NCBI GenBank assembly: GCA_950097015.1
Contig: CATNEN010000039.1
Location: forward strand, 1,426,001 to 1,490,000
DNA length: 64,000 nt
Source of the DNA: Macrostomum hystrix
Lineage: Eukaryota > Animalia > Platyhelminthes
Direction of reading: 5' to 3'
The notes under the pieces are model-generated. The model did no database searches, was not told where the DNA came from, and saw nothing but the letters and a program-made list of their open reading frames with translations. Of the stretch, positions 1 to 10,526 are shown piece after piece (the first letter of the stretch is position 1; the number at the start of each line of letters is the position of its first letter). Made by a program: the position numbers and the translations under genes.

Positions 1-595
1 TCTGACATTACTTGCAATTTGCTCCCTCTGTCTGCGGTAGGCAACACACACTAATGTACGGTCAGACACAGCAAAGTGCAGAACCAAATGGCCAACTTTT
101 GACCAATTTTAAATGAGTGAATTTAAACCTCGCTCACGGGTCATAGTTGGCTGTCAATGCAACCATCAAGCTGAAATCATTTATCTATGCGAAAAAACTG
201 AAAGTTGATGCCAAGCAACACCGGTTATCAAATCAAAAAGCTAGTATTAACCACCAATATATAGACAGTCCATGACTGAACTTCAGTCAAGTTCCTTCGT
301 AAATGAAGCTGTGTATTTCTGACAATATCCTGAGCAAAGAATGAGCAATAAAACTGGTGAAAACACATGTTCATTAGCAAGTCGAGTTCCTATATCTGGA
401 GAAATGCACAAAGTTGAAAAAATCGCTGAGAAAAATAAGCTGCTTTCTACTGGAAATGCCCTTGCAAAATCCTCTTTGAAACATGCTGAACATTACTAGG
501 TATCGTATATACCAGACGCAAATATTGCTACTGACTATAAGTAGGGAGCGACGCAAATACAAGTAGAAGGCAAACTGTAGCGCTCTTAGTCGAGC

Positions 596-1121
596 CTAAG
601 CAAGAGCGAACATAAGCACGCAGCCACACAAAATCACGACAGCATCGTAGCCGAAGTTGATCCAATAGAGTTGCAGAGGACTGTGCTGGAACTGATAGTG
701 TGGCATCTGCGGACAGTATGTAAGTCACGTGATCTAATACAACGTTTGACCACTAAGACTATATCCATAGTCAGGAAGCTAGTCTTGGATCTGGATAATG
801 ACAGTTTATAACAAATGTTTCGTTTCTCACCTGCGAACAGAAAACTAGAGCAAAGCTGGCCAGTGCCAGGCAGACCAGCTGCTGCCAGGTGGACACAAAG
901 TTGCTTATGGCCAGCTGCAGCAGGGTCAGGGTGGCCAGGTTGCTGGCTATGGTCAGGCCATAGGTGGTGCAGGTGCAGGCCAAACCCTTCTGTGTGAGCT
1001 GTTCGGGCTTACACCTGTGGACAAGCAGGCACCATGATTTGCCAAATAAGGCTGGCGAGTACCACAGACTACCTAGAACAATGCTGGCAATTGCTGATAG
1101 GATCAAACCAAGGATTGCCAT
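596..1121 (-). CDS. DUF1761-like small multi-TM membrane protein, 2 exons (1121-831, 706-596), 133 aa
   Basis: Exon 1 reads MAILGLILSAIASIVLGSLWYSPALFGKSW, matching the DUF1761-type G.LWYSP.LFG..W motif, and ends at CAG|gtgag. After a ccgcag acceptor the frame continues MPHYQFQHSPLQLYWINFGYDAVVILCGCVLMFALA*, giving the DUF1761-type IN.GY C-terminus. The intron is 124 nt, phase 0. Confidence 0.75.
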
Positions 1122-2697
1122 CTTTAACTAGCACACAGTCTAATAGCTGGAAAGTATATGCTTTTTTTTATATTTCTGTCTTTTTAACTGCATTCATTAG
1201 CAATGAAATCAATAGTAATAACATATTTTTAGCTAGGGCTGCATATGTATAAATGAAACAATAACATAAAATCGAATTTAGGTAAATAAAAATGACACTT
1301 TTGGCTTTTATGGTTTTACTGAAACACTGGTAAGTTAAAAATCTTTATAGCGGAATAAGCTTTTGATCTTGAGTGAGAATTGATTGCAGCTGCAGTGATA
1401 TACAAGATTTTAAAATGTTAAGTGCAGATCATAGCCAGCCATAGCAAATAACTGATATTGCCAATAGTAGATTGGTTAATGTATGTTATTGGTGTATCTT
1501 TGTTTGATCCTGGCTCAATGGTCTTTTTTCTAGTGCAGACTTGCATGACGTATGTTTTTGTAACATTTACATTAAAATAGTTTTTATGATGATACTGTTC
1601 CATATCACTGAAGATATTTTTGTAGTTTGGATCACAGATACTATAATAACTGTGATAACTATAACTATGTGTGATAACTATAATAACTATAATAACATAT
1701 ACTATAATAACTATAATAACTGTTATTATAGTATCTGTGGTTCGGATTTACTTTTGGCTAGGATTGCTTGTCATCTGCAAAAAGTAATGTATTAAATTTG
1801 TACGCAAGGTGTCGAAATTCAAATATTTACATATAAAATAAGAAGTAGTCAATTTGCAGAAAAGAAAATTAATTAAGTAGTTAATTAATAAGAAGTAGTC
1901 ATAAACATTTCCTTTCACAAAATTATAAAAAAACATGCGATGCTTTAGAAGTTTTTGTTTTACAGGTAATTTTACAAATGTCTACAAACCGGTTTTAATT
2001 TTTTATATCAATGGTGATGTTCGTAGTTGTTAATATATAAATTTCTGCACAGAAGTTGACGAAATTATTCATCTTATCAACGAAAATAGTGGTTACAAAG
2101 AATCATGCTTGATATTTTTTTGCCAGCGCAGTGACCACAAGAGCATACCACTAGGACTACCTCTTCCATAAAGGACCAACTTATAGGTCCGTTTGAGCCA
2201 GCCACGTAAATAAATATTCTTCATTGCATATCAATACATTTAAAAGTCGCAACAGATTCCTGGGCGTCCTCTAATAAAGCCAACAGGAAAGATTCTTATT
2301 AAAAAACGTATTGGCTACATTTCCAACAACTTACGCTCGTAGTATGCAAAACTCATTATCGATCATATCTATAAAGCCCGATCAAGAATCATGATGGAGC
2401 TAGGATGCAAGATGGGGTTGCGCCATTGATATGAATAGATATAGAACTGCATGATATAGATCTTTCATGCTCTTGCAAGAAACATTTACGGAATCGCAGG
2501 GCAGATCTTTAGGAAATCTCTAGTCCAGAATGTTCAAGCTGTAATCATGTAGTGTATTTTGTATCCCTCTCCCTCCCTGGCGTTACAGGAATCTAGGAAT
2601 GATTGGAAAAGTTTTTGCGGGATGCCACAGAGGCGAATATAAATAGGGGAGGTCAAATACAAGCCTGCAGGGGCGTGTCGGTAGATCGAGTAGGGGA

Positions 2698-2900
2698 GGG
2701 GTTGTATAGCCAAGAGTGGACTAGAGCGTCGGACTCACGACTTGAATGAAGGTCGGGGGTTCGATTCATGACTTCGCTGGAACAATCTCTATGCATTTTA
2801 GCACGAAGCCGCTTAAATCTGCATTGCTAGCTTCTTGTTCAGTGTATCCAGCTGTTAAATGATATTACAACCAGCATTATAGCTTGAGGTAACTGATGGT
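2698..2900 (+). mobile_element. Degenerate tRNA-derived SINE (CORE-like central domain)
   Basis: A-box-like tagccaagagtgg, B-box ggttcgattc, then ccagctgttaaatg. Colinear with the copy at 7141-7295. Confidence 0.6.
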
Positions 2901-3188
2901 GGGTGCAATGACACCTCCCCCCATGCATGTACGGACTAAACATCAAGGACGACTGAAGTGTCGTTTATAGTGTCGTCTTCTTAAGTAGTCCTTGCTAAAC
3001 ATCCGTATACAAAATTCAAATGCGCCGCGTAATAGCTTCAAGCTGTGCTGTCGGCCCAATTGGCAGGTGTAATAAAAAATTGTACTATAATAATCTTTTC
3101 GTTGGATCGAGCAAAATCTAATTTTTTTTTGGAATTGGGCACTTAAGACAATGATTACGGGCTCGTCGACTAGTGCAATTTATAGAAT

Positions 3189-3788
3189 TGTAGTGACTGT
3201 GGTCGGTTTGGGATCCCCGGCCTACAGTATTATCAATTAAGTATAATACGAATAATCACTATAATCACACAGTACAGTACTAAGTATACATTTCCTTACA
3301 GGCCTGGCACTCCGAAAGGAAAGACACGAATGCAGCGCTTACCGGTCGGAACGCAGGATAACAGTAGAATTCGATTTCGTTTATTTGTATGATTATATTA
3401 AAAAACTTGAGACTTCGCAGAAAGAGACCGTCTTCACCGATGGAATCTTAAAGTTCGCCAGGCGAGCGCGGGCAGATATTGACAGCAAGGGGGGCAGACA
3501 GGGGAGGCGGTGCACAGAGTCAAGCCACCAGCGCGCAGGGAGGGGAGGGTTGTACGCGCTGGCCGGGTGGACGGGCAAAGCTACGCAGAGCTGATTGGCG
3601 TGGGGGGGTAGCCACGCAGGGCTGGGTTAAGGTTTGACAGACAATGCCCGCGCCCAGCCAATCAGATGGCGGCACAGGGCACCCTGAGCAGGGCCGCAGG
3701 GAAGGAGGGAGAGAAAGCGAGCCAAACAAACCGGCCTCAAACTCAACGGCCTTGGCAAGCAGTCGACCTGAGAAACACAGGCACTACT
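3189..3788 (+). mobile_element. Solo LTR (probably Ty3/Gypsy), 600 bp
   Basis: Termini TGTAGTG...CACTACT with a 4-bp TSD (GAAT) on both sides. Homologous to 59268-59931 in the opposite orientation. Confidence 0.75.
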
Positions 3789-4008
3789 GAATGACGGCCT
3801 TTTTCGGGTGTAATTTAATTAAAGCTTTATCGACATCGAGTAATGCAATTACCAACTCGTGTACAGCAGCTCATAAAGTTACTAAACTATGCTACGCTGG
3901 TCCTTGAGCCATACCTAATTAAATACATGTATGCTGTAAATACTCTTTGTCTGTAATTCCTCAGTTAGTCCTTCAGTTTAATTCTCACCAATTCAATCGT
4001 GATTATCA

Positions 4009-4372
4009 GGGGGTTGGTGGCAGAGCGGTTAACGCGTTTGCCACTCGCACCACAGTCCCTAAGTTCGATTCCACGGCGAGGCCACATTTATTTGGGGCGC
4101 AGCCGCGGAGAGAAGGCTTGGGGGCTTGTCGTACAATTTACGCCCTTGAGGGCCAACCCCCAAGGCACAGTTCGAGTGTACACTGCCTGACGATGAGAAA
4201 GTCAGGGCAGATGTACACACCTGTGTGAGCGTATGCCTGCGTACAGTATCTGTGTGCGTGTGTGCTCAGGAGTCAGCGAAATGGGCAGAATTGCCTCCTC
4301 GCTGGCTGCGGGTCTAGTGTCACCAAACTATGTGTCATTGCCCGCAGCCCTCCTGCAATTATTATTATTATC
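4009..4372 (+). mobile_element. tRNA-derived SINE, second family
   Basis: A box tggcagagcgg, B box gttcgattc, internal hairpins and an (att)n tail. Partial copies at ~28150-28300 and ~59170-59250. Confidence 0.65.
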
Positions 4373-4462
4373 GTGATTATCTGTTCTTCAGCCCCCACCT
4401 GTTTTCAATCTGCAGGTTTATTGATACCCAGCTCTCAATCCGAAATCACTTCACGCAACGTA

Positions 4463-6217
4463 CGAGGGGTGTTTCAAAAGTAACGAGAATTTAGTCATAA
4501 CTTTTTAATGGATAAACTTTTTAACTTGAAATTTTTACCCTGTAATTTTGCAAATATGGACAGCACACAGCTTCAGTTGCAACTCTATCGGTCTACATGC
4601 ACTAGTGAAATCTCACATTGAAGTCCAGACCTCGAGATTAAAAATTACGATTTTTGTCTGTGGTCTATATACCTGAGAACTTGCTTAGAACTTGAAAACT
4701 GCTAATGATGCTGCTGATGCACTCAGCTGCTTCTGATACTGTCTCCGGTGTCTGCTGTTTATGGGCAAAGTTGCTTAGGAATTTTTGTTTTTTAAGCTGC
4801 ATAGGGCTGCTCAAAATTGCAAATGCTTGACTGAGAGACTTGACTGAAAAGTGCTTTTAAGTGAGACTATGGAACGACCGAAAGATCATTCAGAAATTGG
4901 ATCGAAGGAAGGACAACGGCATTTTATCGCTGGTCTGGTTCAACTTAGAAAGAAGCCATGCGATATCGCTCGGGACCTGAACCAGGCATTTGGAGATCAG
5001 GCACTATCGCAAGCGCGGGTTTATGTTCACTGCAAGGCGTTCCGCGAGGGTGCTACAGGATGTGGTGACGCGCCGAGGTCAGGTCGCCCCCGCACGTCAA
5101 CGGATGACAACAGCAAACAGATTGTCCGTGATTACCTCTGCGCCAATCCTTCTGCCACATTGCGTGAAGTTGAGGAGGTCTGTAGCATCTCCATTGCTTC
5201 TGTGAGCCGCATCCTCAAGGAAATAAACTGGTCGAGAGTCTGTGCCAAGTGGGTGCCGCGTGAGTTGACCCTGGACCACAAAAGAAAGCGAATTCAATGT
5301 GCAACGGAGAACTTGCAGTTGTGGCAGCAACTTGGTGATCAGGAGTTTAAACGACTTCTCATCAGCATGGATGAGACACCACTGCCAATGTTTAATCCAC
5401 TGACTAAGCAGCAGTCCATGCAGTGGGGGCCCAGGGGCCGTCAGCCGCACACAAAGCCAATGAAGTCGGCATGGACACGCAACATCATGTGCACCATGTG
5501 GTTTGACGCCTGTGGGGTTCTGATGGTCGACTACCTGCCAGACAAGGCCACCATCAATGCTGCATACGTGCAAGATCAAGTTGCTCGTCTGCGTGAAGTC
5601 ATCCTCCAGAAGCGACGCATCATGCGCGCCAGGCCCTTCATCTTGTGGGACAACGCTCGCCCTCATGTCGCCGCGGCCACCACAAGGAAAGTGGAAGAGC
5701 TCGGCTTTCGGCTGCTTAATCATCCACCTTATTCACCAGACCTCGCCATTGCTGACTTTCACTTGTTTGGAGTAATGAAGAAGCCCATGCGAGGTCGCGT
5801 CTTCACCAGTCGACAGGAAGTCATTGCGGCGGCCAACGAATCTCTCCATGCGCTGCCTGCGAGTTTTTGGGGGGAGGGAATCGACAAACTGCTGCATCGC
5901 TATGAGAAATGTATCCAGCTCGATGGCAGCTTTGTGGAGCGTGCTGAAATCGCTGAAGAAATGGACGAAGGCGCTGATTTTTGACACAAAAAACACGTTC
6001 ACCTGTTCACTCTTTTCCACTGACAAAAATCGTAATTTTTAATCTCGAGGTCTGGACTTCAATGTGCGATTTCACTGGTGCATGTAGACCGACAGGGTTG
6101 CAACTGAAGCTGTGTGCTGTCCATATTTGCAAAATTATCGGGTAAAAATTTCAAGTTAAAAAGTTTATCCATTAAAAAGTTATGACTAAATTCTCGTTAC
6201 TTTTGAAACACCCCTCG
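4463..6217 (+). mobile_element. Intact mariner (DD34D) transposon with ~200-bp TIRs
   Basis: TA TSD at 4461-4462 and 6218-6219. TIR starts CGAGGGGTGTTTCAAAAG and extends ~4463-4663 versus ~6017-6217 with few mismatches. Confidence 0.95.
4869..5984 (+). CDS. Mariner transposase, uninterrupted (371 aa from ATG 4869)
   Basis: GRPR linker, WVPREL, MDET (D1), WDNARPH (D2) and YSPDLAIADF (D3). D2-D3 spacing is 34. Confidence 0.95.
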   Translation: MERPKDHSEIGSKEGQRHFIAGLVQLRKKPCDIARDLNQAFGDQALSQARVYVHCKAFREGATGCGDAPRSGRPRTSTDDNSKQIVRDYLCANPSATLREVEEVCSISIASVSRILKEINWSRVCAKWVPRELTLDHKRKRIQCATENLQLWQQLGDQEFKRLLISMDETPLPMFNPLTKQQSMQWGPRGRQPHTKPMKSAWTRNIMCTMWFDACGVLMVDYLPDKATINAAYVQDQVARLREVILQKRRIMRARPFILWDNARPHVAAATTRKVEELGFRLLNHPPYSPDLAIADFHLFGVMKKPMRGRVFTSRQEVIAAANESLHALPASFWGEGIDKLLHRYEKCIQLDGSFVERAEIAEEMDEGADF

Positions 6218-6463
6218 TACATCACCTCGAAGATTAAACGTTTGAAGACGTTAAAACCGCATTAAGCGCTAGGAAAGCCTCGTTCAAAAGCAAAGTAGGC
6301 ATTTGCAATAAACCTGCAATATATTTGGCAAATAGCTGTAGCTACACTTGTTAGCTGATCCTGCAGAATATTCTATAAAATAACTATTGAAGAAATACTT
6401 TCTTTATCGATTTCTTTGTATATTTGCAACAAGCGGCTGCTCGGTAAACGGATGAATCTATCA

Positions 6464-7807
6464 TCACTGCTTGCCAAAAAATGCTGCCCTACAGGGTGCA
6501 GCCCCCGGCCTTTTCGGGTTTGTGACGCCGCTCAACAGCTCGAATGGGCTAGACGCGCCCTTGACCAGCCCTTTTTGATTTATTTCCCGTTTGCGCAGCT
6601 GCAGCCGCTGCTCGAGAATTTTCTCCCGCCCGATTCGATTCAGCCGAACGTCGGGCGGACAGACGGCGCCGCGATGGTTCAAAAACTGCCAGTTGTCACG
6701 GGCGATAACTTTGTCGTTTTCGTAGGGGTTGCGGTAGGCGTCTTCAAACGGCCAGCAGAACTGCTGCCTGCGCTCGACCAATGGACGATCGCGCCACCTT
6801 GCCTATTGCCATTTGAAACAACGGAGCGATTGAACTTGGTTTTCACGAACGACAATGGCAATAGCTTGTTTGACAATGGCTAGATGTAGCTAGAACCCCC
6901 TTACGGCAGATTCGGCAACCTCTGGCCCGCGGGCCAAATGCGGCCCTCGAAGCTGCTGAGATCGGCCCCTTACGTCAGCACCCTATAAACAATATTATCT
7001 CTCCATTAGCTGTCTCGTCTCTCCCGTCTCATCTCCCCCTGTCTCTCCCCCTGTCTCATCTCTCCAGAGTCTATGCGGTCCACCGTCCTATTTTGGTTTC
7101 TCTCTTTGGCCCGCGAGGTATGTTGAACCCTGTGGCCTAGGGGGTTGTAGCCTTGTCGTTAGAGCAACGGACTCACGACTTGAAGGTCGGGGGTTCGATT
7201 CCCGATTCCACTAAAACAGTTTGTGTCCTCTAGCATGGCACTTAACTCCGTGTTGCTTCATTTTACCCAGCTGTCAAATGGGTACCAGCAACAGCAATTA
7301 GAAGTTGAGGGCTGGTGTGGCGTCCCCCAGTCCATGGACTAAATAGGCGTACGCCGCCTTCAGATGCTTCAGATGCGTCTCTCTCCTTCTCACCTCGATG
7401 ATCGATTTGGACACAATGTCGTTTGTCTTCGATGAAGCTTGAACAGAATGATTAGAAATCAACCAAGAACTCGAATTTGTGTCGCTGGTTGCCTCAAGTA
7501 GTCGGGCAGCCAGCTCCGCCGCAGTGACTGCGTGCCTTTTGTCCTTTCCGCACGTGGTATCGTTAAGTTTCTTGGCTTGACCAAAACCTTGAATGCTGGT
7601 GGTGGAGCTGCGAGCTCGCGACCCAGACCTGCCGCTTTCGGAGTCGTTGTCAAGACTCGTACGCGGGCTAGGATAGCAAGGAAAGCCGCTGAAGCTGCTG
7701 GAGCTAGAACTCGACTTTGTCGAGGCCGTCGACGTTCTTGATTGTTGTGTTTTTCGATATTCCTGTCGGCAGATAAGCGGAAAATCGGTGAACTTCTCGG
7801 GACTCAT
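6464..7807 (-). CDS. Hypothetical 2-exon orphan gene (7807-7353 joined to 6797-6464)
   Basis: A Ser-rich ATG ORF and a downstream ORF can be joined in phase 2 through gtacgc...aag, across an interval holding a MITE and a SINE. No recognisable domain. Confidence 0.25.
6907..7132. mobile_element. Degenerate hAT-like MITE
   Basis: Subterminal ggcccgcgggccaaatgcggccc motif typical of hAT MITEs, and a 3' end ...ggcccgcga...aaccctg. No clear TSD. Confidence 0.45.
7141..7295 (+). mobile_element. tRNA-derived SINE (CORE-like domain)
   Basis: B box gggttcgattccc, followed by gtgtcct..gcatggcacttaac...acccagctgtcaaatgggtacc. Confidence 0.65.
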
Positions 7808-8036
7808 GAGTTATAAAATCTAATTAAGACAATGCTACGATTTTCCAGGTCTGGAATGTTGCGTGTAGTAAGTAATTATTCGTTGCTAAATATGTTTAAT
7901 ATTCAAAGCGCTTTGATAATTTCTGATGCCTGAATCATCTTATTGACTAAAATGTTTGTTTCCTTCACTTTGGCTAAGCAAATCATCATGACTGAAGAAT
8001 GCAAGCGCAATCAAGCAGCATGCAGTGGAACCGTCA

Positions 8037-8738
8037 TTACTTTCTTAGACTTAAAAAGCAACTCACACTGGGCGACGTCACGACAATAGGTTCTGAGAGA
8101 TCCCGGCATCGCGTGCTTCTGCTGGCAGGCAGTCCCATATCGTGCACCACCTCGGAGGCGACTCTAACAACCGATGTTAAAACCTCACTGAGAAGAGTGC
8201 CGCTCCTGATCTCAGTGAGCAATGGGCTCAGCGACTTTTCAGCAACAGTTAAGAACTGCTGGCTGCTGCTCGAACTGCTCACCACTCTTTTTTTGAAACT
8301 CGACGGTGAAATTGAATTGGATGACGAGTCAATAGCTTGAGCCGTGAGAACTAGTCTCAACTGGGACAAAATCATCGACATCATGACGGAATTAATGGCG
8401 GAATTTACTAGAGGCGATCGCACTAGAGTTTGCAGCGCTCTCTTGCTACACAACGGCGGCTCGGGATGGACGACTGGACAAGGGTCGGTAGGTATCTCCT
8501 CAACGTTGCGATATGTGTCCTCATCCTGAAGCTGGTTGAGTCTAGCCTGGATGCGAGTCAGGAGCAGCAAGATGCCACTCTCAGTTTGCAGCAGATCTCT
8601 GTCGATTGCGAAGCCCATTCGATGACAGAGATCGCTGATGACGGATGCGTTCTCGAGGCGACGAGACATTGTGCAGAAAGGAAAATGGCTACTTCCAAGT
8701 CTGTAGAAAATTCCAAGAAATATTTTAAAATAATCCAA
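8037..8738 (-). other. Uncharacterised 233-aa ORF
   Basis: Open frame with internal ATG (MSRRLEN...). No recognisable motif, coding status unproven. Confidence 0.2.
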
Positions 8739-9296
8739 TAAGGAATAGGCTAATATAGCTTTTTGCGTTCAAGTTCAGAAAAGTTGCGTTTAATTTAAGA
8801 GTGCCGTCTGCCATATATTTCCACTGGCTTCGCTTTATTGTCTATGGCTTTTCTGAAGGATTTTCCGCTCAAATTCAGAAAACTTGCGTTCAATTAAGAT
8901 CGCGCTGAGTTGAAAACACAGCTTAATTGACAGATAGATCGCAGGAAGGATCGAACATGAAGATGAAAGATGAAAAGTCTCTAACAAATATGAAAGTCCA
9001 GATTTCAGGATAACAATTGGATTGAACAATTTAACAATCCTGAAATTAGATTGGATTGGATTACAGGATGATTTAACTTTTCAGACAACGTGGCAAGAAG
9101 CGCATCGTATGCTGATGCCACCGGTTGCACGTCAGCATTTTGATTTCATCCCTGGCATTCGTTTGATGCTTGATTGGGAGATGTTCTGAAACTCAGCATC
9201 AAACTAGCTGCTCAACCTGGACAGTCAGCATCTGCAAACGTGTCAGCAGCGGGTTTTGTTCAACCCGGTTGCCTAGGAATCCCACAATTTGGTCAG

Positions 9297-10227
9297 TCAA
9301 CTTGACGTGCTTCTTCCACGTGGCAGACGCTTTCTTCTTCCTGTTGCTTCGAATGTCCGTCGAATGGCGTAAACTGTCTTTACATTCACGCTGAGCATTG
9401 CAGCAATGTCGCTAACCACATCGCCTCTCTCAATTGCCGGCACAGTCAAGTCATACTTCTCGTTGGAAATTCTCTGATAAGGCATGGTTTGTCGTTCTTC
9501 GTGCAAAGGCAAAGTCTATGGTTCTCAAATTGAACACTACTTTTCTTAAATTGAACGCAAAAATGGTTTTGGCCCACAGCGAGACTTCCATTTTTTACCA
9601 TAGACATCTCTGCCAGCCGCCACTTGCAGCCAGGGTGGCCATGCTCACTTCAAATACTTAATTGAATGGAAATTTTCTGAACTTGAACACAAAACGCTAT
9701 TATATTATATTATATAGCCATATATAATACTGGTATTATATAATTTAATATACAATATTACACTATTACACCTTTTTGCACTCAAATTCGTCATTTCTGC
9801 AATCAGGTTCAACAAAACTGCATTCAAGTTCAACAAAACTGCATTCAAGTTCAACAAAACTGCAAACTGCAAACTGCAAACTGCAAGCTTGCAAACTGCA
9901 AGCAAATTCGGCAGCAGAAGTATGAGAGAAGGAATGAGAGCGCCATTGAGAGCGCGATCTCCGGCTGGAAGGCGGCAATCAAGCAGAAGTATGCCATCCT
10001 CATCCTCATCGGCTGCACTGGATAAGAATTTAATGGTAATGGTCATAACGGTGTTATCAGCGAATCGGCGCAGCTTTTCAAACCTAAATTGCACGAGAGT
10101 TCTTCTGGCGCGAGCCTCTGCGGTCGGGTTGATGAAACTATCCGCATTGGCAGCGATCTTCTGCTTGATTGCCGCCTTCCAGCCGAATGACGAATTTGAG
10201 TGCAAAAAGGTGTATTTCAGTATATAA
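9297..10227 (-). pseudogene. IS630/Tc1-like transposase fragments and a small TIR element
   Basis: HTH-like segment SDIAAMLSVNVKTVYAIRRTFEATGR..RG at 9297-9485. Inverted repeat acacctttttgcactcaaattcgtcatt (~9770-9796) versus ~10186-10215. Confidence 0.45.
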
Positions 10228-10526
10228 TCCGATTGCTTATTTTAGAGACGTTTAATGGGCGCCTTCAGAGCGAGAAATCGGTAGTCTGTGGTACAGACTA
10301 CTTTAATTCCGAGACCATTACATCATAGAATGGGCCTCAAACGGATATAACGGGCCTCAAATAAGCAATCTGATTTCATATAAAATAATAGCCATTTAAT
10401 AAGCTGTCTATGGTTAGAATGTCCGAGGCTGCATTTAATGGTCTCGAGGCGAGCTTCGCACAGAATGTGAATTAAATGGCTGATTATCATATGCGGAAAC
10501 TTTCGTGTGGCTTTAATTGCTTAGAT

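Noticed and set aside
4176-4220. Hammerhead-like CTGACGA..GAAA..GTC in the SINE (also ~28255)
   Set aside because: Stems II and III are absent. It is a simple ctgac/gtcag hairpin, and the third copy lacks the motif.
4290-4360. HDV-ribozyme-like GCCTCCTCGCTGGC
   Set aside because: No upstream P1 partner and no P1.1 GG. The complementary strand lies downstream, forming an ordinary hairpin.
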